This document shows positions 1 to 11,779 of a stretch of DNA of 64,000 nt, one piece after another. The stretch comes from Octopus sinensis. Its lineage: Eukaryota. Positions within the stretch are counted from its first letter, which is position 1; each line of letters begins with the position of its first letter. The notes under the pieces are model-generated. The model saw nothing but the letters and a program-made list of their open reading frames with translations. It was not told the DNA's origin and did not search any database. The position numbers were made by a program, and so were the translations under genes. The DNA is taken from positions 20,336,001-20,400,000 of the forward strand of contig NC_042999.1 of the NCBI RefSeq assembly GCF_006345805.1, read 5' to 3'.

Positions 1-329
1 CACCAATAATGTTTCATATATAATTATATATATATATATACTGTCCACAATATAAGCATTTTCTCTTTAAATTGTAGACGTTTGATTAATTGAATTATAG
101 AAGTTATATATAAATTTAAATACTCAATGTGTTTTGCTATTTAGAGAAGCATTCTGTCAACGACTAACTGGGAACTCAATTTGCGCTGATGGTTTCAAGT
201 GAATATGTATCATTATGGTTTAATGCCATCATTTTATCTTGTGATAGGTGAGCTTTGCAAACCGAAAATCTATTTTGTTATTTCCATTATACTTCACAAG
301 AACCAATATTTTTTCTCCTTATATACATA

Positions 330-346
330 TATATTTACGTATAAGG

Positions 347-380
<34 letters not shown>

Positions 381-740
381 TCTATAATATATATATATGT
401 GTGTGTGTGTTTGAAAAAGTATATACAAAAGTATACAAATAAACGGGAACATATACGTGTATATATTATATATATATATATATTATATAACTAAATATAT
501 ATATATATGTGTGTGTGTGTTTGAAAAAGTATATACAAAAGTACAAATAAACGGGAACATACGTGTATATATATATATTATATATATATATATATTATAA
601 CTAAATATATATATATATGTATGTATATATATATACAAACACATAGATATACATAGATAAATATTTACACACTCACACGCACATACACACACACACACAT
701 ATATATATGTCAATATGTGTTGTGTGTGTGTGTTCATGTG
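330..740. repeat. (TA)n/(TG)n/(CA)n microsatellite tract containing a ~110-bp unit present twice (about 398-508 and 509-620)
   Basis: gtgtgtttgaaaaagtatatacaaaagta...aaacgggaacat occurs twice, ~111 bp apart. Confidence 0.85.
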
Positions 741-1014
741 TGTGTGTAATGTAGGCAATAATCAGGAATTTATTCAAAATATTCTTTCAAATCACTATTA
801 TAATGTCTATAATGCTTGAAAAATCATAACATAAAAGTAACCAAGAGTAGATAAGTAACCCCAAAACTACGTATGTATATATATATACATATATAAAGAG
901 AGAGCGAGAGAGAGAGAGACAGGCAAGTAGATAGATAGATACATACACCCATCTATCCATAAATACATACATACACCCTACAATCCCACAAAACACACTC
1001 ATAACATATAACTT

Positions 1015-1097
<83 letters not shown>

Positions 1098-1870
1098 GGT
1101 AAACAGTAAAAATAATTACAGACATGGACAAGAACATGAAACACCACAGAGACGACACAAGAACCACAGGACGGGACATTCGAAGCCCTCAGTCATCAGT
1201 CAAGAACCAGATCATCTTAGCAATTTCGGCTGATTAATCTTGAGATTGCTCCGATATGGCCAGCCCGCCAAGGGAAATCTAAGCCAGGGCATTAGATCCC
1301 CTGGAAGAAAGCTTCGAATGTATACAACGCGAGGACGGAAAACGAACGAAGTACACAAACAAAAATACAGAATACGTGACACCAATAAGAATACAAAAAC
1401 GTAAAAACAATAACGGTAAAAATAAAAAATAAACAACAAAACAAAACCAGGACGTAGGACAAGGGTCTTTCGACAGGACGAGTTGAGTGTGGGGCTGGCT
1501 TGCTTGTGAAGTTGTGACTAATGGCCGCGGGGAGACGAACAAATACGTGTTGCTTCTGCGACTGCTGAAAACGAAAAGAGCGCTCAACAGCGGCTAGCGG
1601 TCACGTGAGAACAAAAGACAGGAGAAGGGACAGATGAAAAGAGAGAGAAGTGAACGAGGGAGGAGAAGAAAGAGACAGATCGAGGGGGCTGGAGGTGAGA
1701 GAGATAGAGAAACGTAGAAGGGGGGAGACGGATGGAGAGGAAAGAAAGGAAGGGGAATAAGGGAGGAGAGAGAGAGAGAGAAAAAAAGGACAGATTAAGA
1801 GTCGTATCAATGCTAGAGAAAAAATATACTTATCGTATAAGGACAATTCTGGATACGTAGCCGCCGATTA
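1098..1870 (-). mobile_element. Penelope-like terminal-repeat-type unit, copy 1 of a ~778-bp tandem
   Basis: Abuts (TA)n at 1097; near-identical copy starts at 1876; related fragment at 38545-38800; PLE assignment is inference. Confidence 0.55.
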
Positions 1871-1875
1871 TATAT

Positions 1876-2429
1876 GGTAAACAGTAAAAATAATTACAGA
1901 CATGGACAAGAACTGAAACACCACAGAGACGACACAAGAACCACAGGACGGGACATTCGAAGCCCTCAGTCATCAGTCAAGAACCAGATCATCTTAGCAA
2001 TTTCGGCTGATTAATCTTGAGATTGTTCCGATATGGGCAGCCCGCCAAGGGAAATCTAAGCCAAGCGCATTAGATCCCCTGGAAGAAAGCTTCGAATGTA
2101 TACAACGCGAGGACGGGAAACGAACGAAGTACACAAACAAAAATACAGAATACGTGACACCAATAAGAATACAAAAACGTAAAAACAATAACGGTAAAAA
2201 TAAAAAATAAACAACAAAACAAAACCAGGACGTAGGACAAGGGTCTTTCGACAGGACGAGTTGAGTGTGGGGCTGGCTTGTGAAGTTGTGCCTAATGGCC
2301 GCGGGGAGACGAACAAATACGTTTTGCTTCTGCGACTGCTGAAACGAAAAGAGCGCTCAACAGCGGCTAGCGGTCACGTGAGAACAAAAGACAGGAGAAA
2401 GGGACAGATGAAAAGAGAGAGAAGGTGGA
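1876..2429 (-). mobile_element. Second, truncated copy of the 778-bp unit
   Basis: Near-identical to 1098-1650 apart from small indels; ends at a (TACA)n tract. Confidence 0.8.
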
Positions 2430-2945
2430 CGCGTGTGTGTATATGTATGCATACATACACACACACATATATACACACATACACGCATAGTCACATACAT
2501 ACATACATACATACATACATACATACATACAAAACATACACATATATGCATACATACACACATACATGCATACATACATATATACATACATTTACACATA
2601 CATACATACACACATGCACACATTTATATACACATACATACATACAAAACGTACACACACATACATACATGCATGCATATATACATACATACAGACAGAC
2701 AGACGTGCACATATACATATACACATAGATACATACAAATCATACATACATACATACATACGTACATACATACATACATACATACATACATACATACATA
2801 CATTCACACATACGTACATACATACATACATACATACATACGTACATACATACATACATACATACATACATACATACATACATACATACATTCACACATA
2901 CATACATACATATAAACGAAATTACAGTACTTTTTTCCTTCTTGA
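2430..2945. repeat. (TACA)n/(CA)n degenerate microsatellite with a unique tail also found inverted at 7830-7862
   Basis: taaacgaaattacagtacttttttcc at 2913-2938 is the reverse complement of 7838-7863. Confidence 0.8.
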
Positions 2946-3283
2946 AAATTTGTCACTATAATGTAATTTCTTTTATATTTTATTTTTGCGTTGGATTATT
3001 CTCCTTTTATTTATTTTAATTTTTTTTTAGTATTCTATCTTTTTTTTTTTACATATTGATTGATATCAATTCCTATTTGACCTCGACTCTCTCTCTTCAT
3101 TGAAATTTTAAAGACGTCTCGTATAATTCTATGCCAATGGACATTGTGAGGTTGGAGTCTCTGCAATTTCAACATATTACGATTTACTTATTCCAATCTA
3201 TGATTTCATAACATTAAATGTTATATCATCATATGGTTTCAACATCTCTCGCGTATTCTTGCTTTTCATATTTTTATTTTGTA

Positions 3284-3679
3284 CTAGCGGTATCGCCCGG
3301 CGTTGCTCGGCTTGTAAGGGAAATAACTATAAAGCATTTTTAGAGAGTTATAGCCAAAAAATAGCAAAAAATGCATTAAAAATGGAAAAAAGAAATGATG
3401 GTAATTTTTTTTTAAATCGTTGACTCATCGTAGACATTTTTAGAGAGTTACTTCCCTTATATAATAGCGAAAAAATGCATTAAAAGGAAAGAAAATGATG
3501 GTAAATTATTTTAAAAATCGTAGACTCATCGTAGACGCGCGCTAATACCCAGAAGGGCTCGATATGAATCGTGACTATAAGATACCCGCTTTTGGTTAAA
3601 CTGCACCGCAAAATGTGGGAGTAGTTAGGAATCTAAATCGTAGGACACAGACACACAACTTCACTTTTATATATAAAGA
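3284..3679 (-). mobile_element. Non-autonomous Helitron, ~395 bp, copy 1
   Basis: On minus strand: 5' TC, 3' GC-rich hairpin ~11 nt before terminal CTAG, inserted between A and T; copies at 39293 and 57848. Confidence 0.8.
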
Positions 3680-3754
3680 TGTATTTTATCGTTATTTTTT
3701 TATTGCTATTTTTGTTTTTGTTCTTATTTATGTATAGTGTCACAAACTGCATTC

Positions 3755-3930
3755 TGTTATCATCGTCATCATTAGCATCGTTATCATCATCGTCATCAAC
3801 ATTATCATAATCATTGCCATCTTCATCATTATCATCATCATCATCATCATTTTCCTTCTCCTCATCGTGTTACAAACTACATTGTTATCATCATCATCAT
3901 CATCATCATTATCATCACCATCACCATCAC

Positions 3931-3962
<32 letters not shown>

Positions 3963-3985
3963 CCATCACCATTATCATCACCATC

Positions 3986-4017
<32 letters not shown>

Positions 4018-4293
4018 CATCGTCATTGCCATCATTTTCATTATCATCATCGTCGGCGTCGTCATCTTTTTTCGTCGCCAGCGTCGTCGTCGTTGTAGTT
4101 GTCGTCATCATCATCACTCTCATTATCATCCTCATCATCATCATTGCCATCATTGTCATCAACATCTTCGTTGTCGGAGTTATGATTATCCTCATCACCA
4201 CCATCACCACCACCACCATCATCATTATCATCATCACCACCACCATCATCATCATCATCATCACACCACCACCATCATCATCATCATCATCAT

Positions 4294-4354
<61 letters not shown>

Positions 4355-4372
4355 GTCGTCGTCGCCGTTGTC
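3755..4372. repeat. Degenerate (CAT)n/(CAC)n/(CGT)n trinucleotide repeat
   Basis: Direct inspection; accounts for the poly-H/S/M/D ORFs. Confidence 0.95.
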
Positions 4373-4765
4373 ACAAAAGCCTCGTCTTCCCCTCTTTAAT
4401 CATTCGTAAAGGTAAAGATGTCAATAATGTTGTTTTATCCTCGTTTTTGTCTTTGCGCATGCGTGTCAGAAATCTCTGATCAATTTTCCGTACACTTCCC
4501 ACTTGTTCAGCCATAAATAGCGATTTAATCTCTCACTCATCTCTTTTGCCGCTTTATTTACTTTATTATATATTTCTCACCTATTGTTTTTTTTCTTATC
4601 TTATAATATTTTTCTGTTTTTCTTTCTTTTCTAACATTCTGTTGGTGTGTCCCTCTTCTCGTCTCCCATACATCCATTTTTTCACAAGTTCGAATATGAT
4701 TTGTCTTCAAATCAATCAGTTATTCTATATTTATATGCCATCTGTGCTATCTCCCTAGTATCTCT

Positions 4766-4894
<129 letters not shown>

Positions 4895-4911
4895 ATATGT
4901 ATGTATATGTA

Positions 4912-5330
4912 GGCGCAGGTGTGGCTGTGTGGCAAGTAGCTTGCTTACAAACCACATGGTTCCGGGTTCAGTCCCACTGGATGGCAACTTGGGTAAGTGC
5001 CTTCTATTATAGCCTCGGGCCGACCAAAGCCATGTGAGTGGATTTGGTAGACGGAAACTGGAAGAAACCCGTCGTATATAAATATATATATATATATGTC
5101 TTTTTATATACATATTTATACATGTATGTGTATATGTTTGTGTGTCTGTGTTTTTCTCTCCAGCATCGCTTGACAACCGATGCTGGTGTGTTTACGTCTC
5201 CGTCACTTAGCTGTTCGACAAAAGAGACCGACACAATAAGTCCTGGGCTCGATTTGCTCGACTAAATGCAGTGCTCCAGCATGGCCGCAGTCAAATGACT
5301 GAAAGTAGTAAACGAATAAAACAATAGAAG
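4912..5330 (+). mobile_element. tRNA-derived SINE family A (CORE-like central ccttgggcaag motif, gtaaaaga tail)
   Basis: Head tggctgtgtgg...ggttcagtccc (A/B-box-like); about 10 copies in the window. Confidence 0.85.
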
Positions 5331-5420
5331 AATATATATATATATATATATGTACGTATGTATGTAATATTATATATATTATAGTATGTATGTATGTATA
5401 TGCGTATTTATAATATATAT

Positions 5421-5452
<32 letters not shown>

Positions 5453-5681
5453 ATAATTAATCAATATAGGGTGGCAAGGAAAATTTTGTAGAATTTTATT
5501 GCCACCAGCGGCCCAGCGGGAAAAAAATTAAATAGTCATAGACCATTTTTAAGTTCAACATTAACAATTAAGGAACGGCCATAATAGGCCATTCACCCAC
5601 TAGAAATAACAGCCAAAGCTTCTACCGCAAATAAAGATCAACTCCGTAAACAGAGAAAATTAAAAAAACATTTACCCTGTA

Positions 5682-5788
5682 ATTTCTTGTACGGTATACC
5701 GTTTCATCCGCTGTTTAATGGTATACTAACCTGATTAAATTAAATCAAGCCAATCTTCCATAAGCCCTCGGATTCTTCAGCAAGAAAT
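5682..5788 (-). ncRNA. Type I hammerhead ribozyme, array copy 1, intact; predicted cleavage between 5690 and 5689
   Basis: Minus strand: AUUUCUUG-CUGAAGA-AUCCG...CGGAU-GAA-ACGGUAUACCGU-A|CAAGAAAU; 8-bp helix I, 12-nt palindrome. Confidence 0.92.
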
Positions 5789-6172
5789 AGCTCAAGACGG
5801 AACAGATATATACACGAGGCATACCCAATCTTGCCAAGTCAATATCTGACCTAAAATTTTCAAATCGTCGCACTCGCGCCAATTTTATCGGCAGCAAATA
5901 AATATCAGCCGTCGATTCCATTACGGAATTAACCAAAAAATTCATAATTAATCAATATAGGGTGGCAAGGAAAATTTTGTAGAATTTTATTGCCACCAGC
6001 GGCCCAGCGGGAAAAAAATTAAATAGTCATAGACCATTTTTAAGTTCAACATTAACCATTAAGGAACGGCCATAAAGGCCATTCACCCACTAGAAATAAC
6101 AGCCAAAGCTTCTACCGCAAATAAAGATCAACTCCGTAAACAGGAGAAAATTAAAAAAACATTTACCCTGTA

Positions 6173-6279
6173 ATTTCTTGTACGGTATACCGTTTCATCC
6201 GCTGTTTAATGGTATACTAACCTGATTAAATTAAATCAAGCCAATCTTCCATAAGCCCTCGGATTCTTCAGCAAGAAAT
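6173..6279 (-). ncRNA. Type I hammerhead ribozyme, array copy 2, intact; predicted cleavage between 6181 and 6180
   Basis: Identical to copy 1 across all HHR elements. Confidence 0.92.
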
Positions 6280-6658
6280 AGCTCAAGACGGAACAGATAT
6301 ATACACGAGGCATACCCAATCTTGCCAAGTCAATCTGACCTAAAATTTTCAAATCGTCGCACTCGCGCCAAATTTATCGGCAGCAAATAAATATCAGCCG
6401 TCGATTCCATACGGAATTAACCAAAAATTCATAATTAATCAATATAGGGTGGCAAGGAAAATTTTGTAGAATTTTATTGCCACCAGGGCCCAGCGGGAAA
6501 AAAATTAAATAGTCATAGACCATTTTTAAGTTCAACATTAACAATTAAGGAACGGCCATAATAGGCCATTCACCCACTAGAAAAACAGCCAAAGCTTCTA
6601 CCGCAAATAAAGATCAACTCCGTAAACAGGAGAAAATTAAAAAAACATTTACCCTGTA

Positions 6659-6761
6659 ATTTCTTGTACGGTATACCGTTTCCGCTGTTTAATGGTATAC
6701 TAACCTGATTAAATTAATCAAGCCAATCTTCCATAAGCCCTCGGATTCTTCAGCAAGAAAT
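6659..6761 (-). ncRNA. Hammerhead, array copy 3, with a 3-nt deletion at the base of stem II
   Basis: gtttcatccg reads gtttccg at 6678-6684; core and helices I and III retained; may be a sequencing error. Confidence 0.75.
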
Positions 6762-7144
6762 AGCTCAAGACGGAACAGATATATACACGAGGCATACCCA
6801 ATCTTGCCAAGTCAATATCTGACCTAAATTTTCAAATCGTCGCACTCGCGCCAATTTTATCGGCAGCAAATAAATATCAGCCGTCGATTCCATTACGGAA
6901 TTAACCAAAAAATTCATAATTAATCAATATAGGGTGGCAAGGAAAATTTTGTAGAATTTTATTGCCACCAGCGGCCCAGCGGGAAAAAAATAAATAGTCA
7001 TAGACCATTTTTAAGTTCAACATTAACAATTAAGGAACGGCCATAATAGGCCATTCACCCACTAGAAATAACAGCCAAAGCTTCTACCGCAAATAAAGAT
7101 CAACTCCGTAAACAGGAGAAAATTAAAAAAACATTTACCCTGTA

Positions 7145-7249
7145 ATTTCTTGTACGGTATACCGTTTCATCCGCTGTTTAATGGTATACTAACCTGATAA
7201 ATTAAATCAAGCCAATCTTCCATAAGCCCTCGGATTCTTCAGCAGAAAT
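7145..7249 (-). ncRNA. Hammerhead, array copy 4, with a 1-nt deletion in helix I
   Basis: caagaaat reads cagaaat at 7243-7249; remainder intact. Confidence 0.8.
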
Positions 7250-7457
7250 AGCTCAAGACGGAACAGATATATACGAGGCATACCCAATCTTGCCAAGTCA
7301 ATATCTGACCTAAAATTTTCAAATCGTCGCACTCGCGCCAAATTTATCGGCAGCAAATAAATATCAGCCGTCGATTCCATTACGGAATTAACCAAAAAAT
7401 TCATAATTAATCAATATAGGGTGGCAAGGAAAACTTTGTAGAATTTTATTGCCACCA

Positions 7458-7632
7458 ATCAGGTTAGTATACCATTAAACAGCGGATGAAACGGTATACC
7501 GTACAAGAAATTACAGGGTAAATGTTTTTTTAATTTTCTCCTGTTTACGGAGTTGATCTTTATTTGCGGTAGAAGCTTTGGCTGTTATTTCTAGTGGGTG
7601 AATGGCCTATTATGGCCGTTCCTTAATTGTTA

Positions 7633-7634
<2 letters not shown>
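7458..7634 (+). repeat. Inverted partial unit carrying only the 3' half of the HHR (GAAAC-palindrome-GUA|CAAGAAAU)
   Basis: Reverse complement of about 7021-7198; lacks CUGAAGA. Confidence 0.9.
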
Positions 7635-7678
<44 letters not shown>

Positions 7679-7788
7679 TATGTATGTATGTATGTATGTA
7701 TGTATGTATGTATGTATATGTATACCTATATCTATATCTATATTTGTGTGTGCGCGTGCGTTTATCTGATCGTAAATATAAACTTGTT

Positions 7789-8512
7789 ACCAGTTCAAAT
7801 ACGCTTGAGGCATATTCCGGCCCATGAGAAAATCAAGGAAAAAAGTACTGTAATTTCGTTTATATGTATGTATGTATGCATGTATGTATGTATATGTGTG
7901 TATGTGTGTATGTGTGTATATGTGTATGTATGTGTGTGTATGTATGTGTATGTGTGTATGCTTTGTATGTATGTATGTGTATATGTATGTGAATATGTGT
8001 TTATGTATGTGTGTATATGTCAGCCTACAGCACCCTCTGCCTTTCTGGTCTTTGTTTCTTAAGAGGAGATAATCACTCCGAAATGAATGCATTTCATAAT
8101 CTGGTTAGAGACCGCTCTGGGGTGACTCGATGTATTTACACATATTTGTCTCAAACGAGAAATATTCTCCATGGCAAAACAGAGCAAATGGCTCTCTGAC
8201 AGGTTCTAATATGACTAATATTTGAAGAGGTTACAAGTTTGTTGTCACCCCGTATTTTATTTTCGGCTCTATAAATGTAACCAGTCATTGAAAGACTGTG
8301 TCAGTTCGTAGCGTCTGCCTTTTCGCTCTCTTATACTGAAGAAGAGATAACCTCTCCGAAATGCAGTCATTCGACAGTCTTCAGAGGGAGGCTGTGAACT
8401 ATCACAGTGCAGTTACTCGTCTACATCGACAGCGAGAATATTTCTCCATGACAAAATACAGTGGAAAGCTTTCTTAACGGGCTGGAATATGCCTCAAGAA
8501 TATGTCAACTGG
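7789..8512 (+). mobile_element. Old element with two diverged ~278-bp units bearing decayed HHR cores and an inverted copy of its 3' end at the 5' side
   Basis: CTTAAGA-GGAG..CTCC-GAAA at 8058-8083; CTGAAGA-AGAG..CTCC-GAAA at 8336-8361; 7789-7825 resembles the reverse complement of 8478-8512. Confidence 0.5.
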
Positions 8513-8581
8513 TATACATATCACACACACACACACACACACACACCACACACACACACACCACACACACATTTATATATA

Positions 8582-9011
8582 TATTCTTTTATTCTTTTAC
8601 TTGTTTCAGCCAATTCACAGGGGCCATGCTGGAGCACTGCCTTAAAGGGCGTTAGTCGAAGAAATCGACTCCACAACTTATTCTTTATAAGCCTAGTACT
8701 TATTTTATCGGTTTCTTTTGCCGAACCGCTAATATTACGGGCATATAAACGCACTTGTATCGGGTGTGAAGTGATGGTGGAGTGACAAACACACACACAC
8801 AAAGGAATGTATGCATATATATATATATATATATATGTATATGTATACGATGGGCTTCTTCCAGTTTCCGTCTACCAAATCCGCTCACAAGGCTTTGGTC
8901 AGCCCGAGGCTATAATAGAAGACACTTGCCCAAGATGCCACGCCGTGGGACTGAACCCAGAATCATTTGTTTGGGAAGTAAGCTTCTTACCACACAGCCA
9001 CTCCTGCTCCG
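8582..9011 (-). mobile_element. SINE family A
   Basis: Reverse complement of the 4912 element. Confidence 0.85.
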
Positions 9012-9562
9012 AAGAATTCCTAATAAATATTATACTGTAGCTATTTGTTATACACAGCAGCTTACAGAAACAGATGGTTTAATTCATAGGTACTTATAAA
9101 AGATACTTGAATCTACTCTGAAAGATGTGACAATGATTTCCATATTGTTGGTTCTTGATCTTCATTATGCTGCAATGCTATGAAAACACTATCACTTTAA
9201 GATGTACAATTTCCATCTTGAATACACAATCAAGAGCTTCCTTCTTCCAGGAACTTGTGCAGAAACTGTTCAATGTAATTGAACTAAGTTGGTTTGTCCT
9301 CTATGATTTAGTACAGGACCTATCCAGAAAACTATTCTAGTTGGTAGCTAAACCTGCAACAAATAGAAAACGAATACTCCTTAATTAATACCCTGGCGTT
9401 TTGAAAATTAGAGAAAGCATTTAATGAACTTTCGAGGTGTGTGAATTAAAGTACACGGTAATATAATCGGCTCAAAGTCATTGACTAACGCCTCCAAAAT
9501 ACTTGGGTTTGTACCTGTTAGAAGCAATCATGGTTTCAATTTTTGGTACAAGACAATTCGTC

Positions 9563-9862
9563 ACACTCCGGCGGTTGCAACGACGAGGGTTCCAGGTGAT
9601 CCGATCAACGGAACAACCTGCTTTTGAAATTAACGTGCAAGTGGCTGAGCACTCTACAGTTACGTGTACCTTTAACGTAGTTCTCGGGGGGATTCGGTGT
9701 GACACAAACTGTGGCAAGGCTGGCCCCTTGAAATATAGGTACGACAGAAACAGGAAGAATGAGTGAGAGAAAGTTGTGGTGAAAGAGTCGAGCAAAATTT
9801 GCCACCCCACCCTGCCAGAGCCTCGTGGAGCTTTTGGTGTTTCTGCCAGCTCACTACCTTCT
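9563..9862 (-). mobile_element. SINE family C body (tRNA-derived family) joined to the first ~25 nt of a family B head
   Basis: Matches 12010-12270 and 36740-37010; switches to gtttctgccagctcac at ~9839. Confidence 0.75.
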
Positions 9863-9884
9863 TAACATATATTCTCTAAGCACA

Positions 9885-10460
9885 AAACACGAAGTTTTGG
9901 GGGAGGGGCCATTCCATTTGATCGGGCCCAGTATGCAACTGGTACTTAATTTGTCGACCCCGAAAGGATGAAAGGCAAAGTCAACCTTGGCAGAATTTGA
10001 ATTCAGAACGTTAAGAAAGACGAAACGCCTATTTCTTTACTACCCACAAAGGGTTAAACACAGAGAGGAGAAACACGGACAGACAAAGGATTAAATCGAT
10101 TATATCGACGCCAGTGCGTAACTGGTACTTGTTTAATCGATCCCGAAAGGATGAAAGGCAAAGTCGACCTCGGAGGAATTTGAATTCAGAACGTTAAGAC
10201 AGACGAAACACCACTAATCATTTCTCCCGGCATGCTAACGTTTCTTATTTCTTTATTGCCCACAAGGGGCTAAACATAGAGAACATATGTTATTGTTGTT
10301 CTATTTCAACTGTCGCTACGTTCTGAGTTCAAATTCCGCCGAGGTCAACTTTGCCTTTCATCCTTTTGGGGTCGATAAATTAAGTACCAGATACCACTTA
10401 ATCCCTTTGTCTGTCTTGGTTTGTTCCCCCTATGTTTAGCCTCTTGCGGACAATAAAAGA
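9885..10460. mobile_element. SINE family B cluster: minus-strand multimer at 9885-10275 and plus-strand copy at 10305-10460
   Basis: Core gaggtcgactttgcctttcatcctttcggggtcgataaattaagtaccag (Meta-domain-like, from memory). Confidence 0.8.
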
Positions 10461-10528
10461 ATAAGAAAAGATTATATTGTATTTTTATTTACATCGATTC
10501 TGCTCGTAAGTGGTTAATATTCAACAAT

Positions 10529-10958
10529 AGGTGCAGGGGTGGCTGTGTGGTAAGTAGCTTGCTTACCAACCACATGGTTCCGGGTTCAATCCCATTGCGT
10601 GGCACCTTGGGCAAGTGACTTCTACTATAGCCCCGGGCCGACCAAAGCCTTGTGAGTGGATTTGGCTGACGGAAACTGAAAGAAGCCCGCCGTATATATG
10701 TATATATGTATATATATATTTATATGTGTGCGTGTATGTTTGTGTATCTGTGTTTGTCCCCCTAGCATTGCTTGACAACCGATGCTGGTATGTTTACGTC
10801 CCCGTGACCTAGCGTTTCGGCGAAAAAGACCGATAGAATAAGTACTGGGCTTACAGAGAATAAGTCCTGGGGTCGAGTTGCTCGACTAAAGGCGGTGCTC
10901 CAGCATGGCCGCAGTCAACTGACTGAAACAAGTAAAATTGTAAAAGAGTAAAAGAGTA
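10529..10958 (+). mobile_element. SINE family A
   Basis: Full head, body and (gtaaaaga)n tail. Confidence 0.85.
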
Positions 10959-11779
10959 TAGCCTTTTACCGTATGGTTTACCATCCACTGTTGGATTACA
11001 TAAAAGAGGCAGCATAAATGCGTATTTCAAAAACGAATGCATCTTCGCCGAGTTTAAATGAATGACGCTTGCTAAAATACTGAACTTATTCAATAACACT
11101 TCTCAGTGTCGTTACCGTCATCGTTGTCGTGTTCGCTGTGATTCCCATTGATCTCGTCACCGCCACCTCCGTCATCGCTACCGCCATCGTCATTGTTTAG
11201 CCCTGATGGAGCTGATCTGGTATCAAAGATTTTCCAGCTGTGATCATCAGTTCGTCTTTGTTTTTTCTTCAGGCTTCACTTTATCATTTAAAGTGTTTTA
11301 GTTTTCTTAAAAGGCAGTACGGTGTGATTTGAAGCAGATTTGGTGCGTATTTTAACAAATAAAATCTCTCTGAAAATCGATTGAGTTCATGGAATCTCAT
11401 TTTGCAGCCAATATTTGTGTTGTTTTGCATACGGCTGTCATGCGGGAGTCGGGTCTATGCATCTATTTATTTTTTTACGCACATAAATGTAGAAAATTCA
11501 ACCTAGTAAAAAAACAGAGAAGAAAAAAATTTGATAAGTATGGTGCTTTGAAAACGTGCTAAAGTTTCTCTCATAATCAGTTCATAGTATATTTTTGTCT
11601 GTGAGATTGTTTTTGAGCCCTCGGACTCATAAAGCCAGCTACCCGGTTTCCAAATCAAGATCACAACGTTCCTCATTGAAAAGAACACCGACCCATTGTA
11701 GGCTTCAATGCTAGGAATTTAAAGGGGGAGGGTAGGACATTTCTCGGTGTCGTTATAAGTATTGTTGAATAATTTTTAG

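Larger units (their letters stand above)
5453..7634 (-). mobile_element. Hammerhead-containing tandem array (non-LTR retrozyme / PLE-derived): four ~488-bp units, a 55-bp partial unit and an inverted 177-bp segment, between (TA)n tracts
   Basis: Unit starts at 5453, 5944, 6431, 6916, 7403; each full unit carries an HHR; 7458-7634 is the reverse complement of part of the unit. Confidence 0.9.

Noticed and set aside
1175-1215. CUGAUGA on the minus strand as a functional hammerhead
   Set aside because: GAAU replaces GAAA and no helix I partner exists after the putative GUC
199-4409. Many ORFs rich in YI, HT, CV, M, S, H or D
   Set aside because: They are translations of (TA)n, (TACA)n and (CAT)n microsatellites
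5745-5945. 66-aa minus-strand ORF repeated in the array units
   Set aside because: No recognisable motif, and the frame is broken by indels in other units
5453-7457. Regular tandem array as CRISPR or ordinary satellite
   Set aside because: Units are ~488 bp with no unique spacers in eukaryotic DNA; the HHR content and 5' inversion fit a retroelement better
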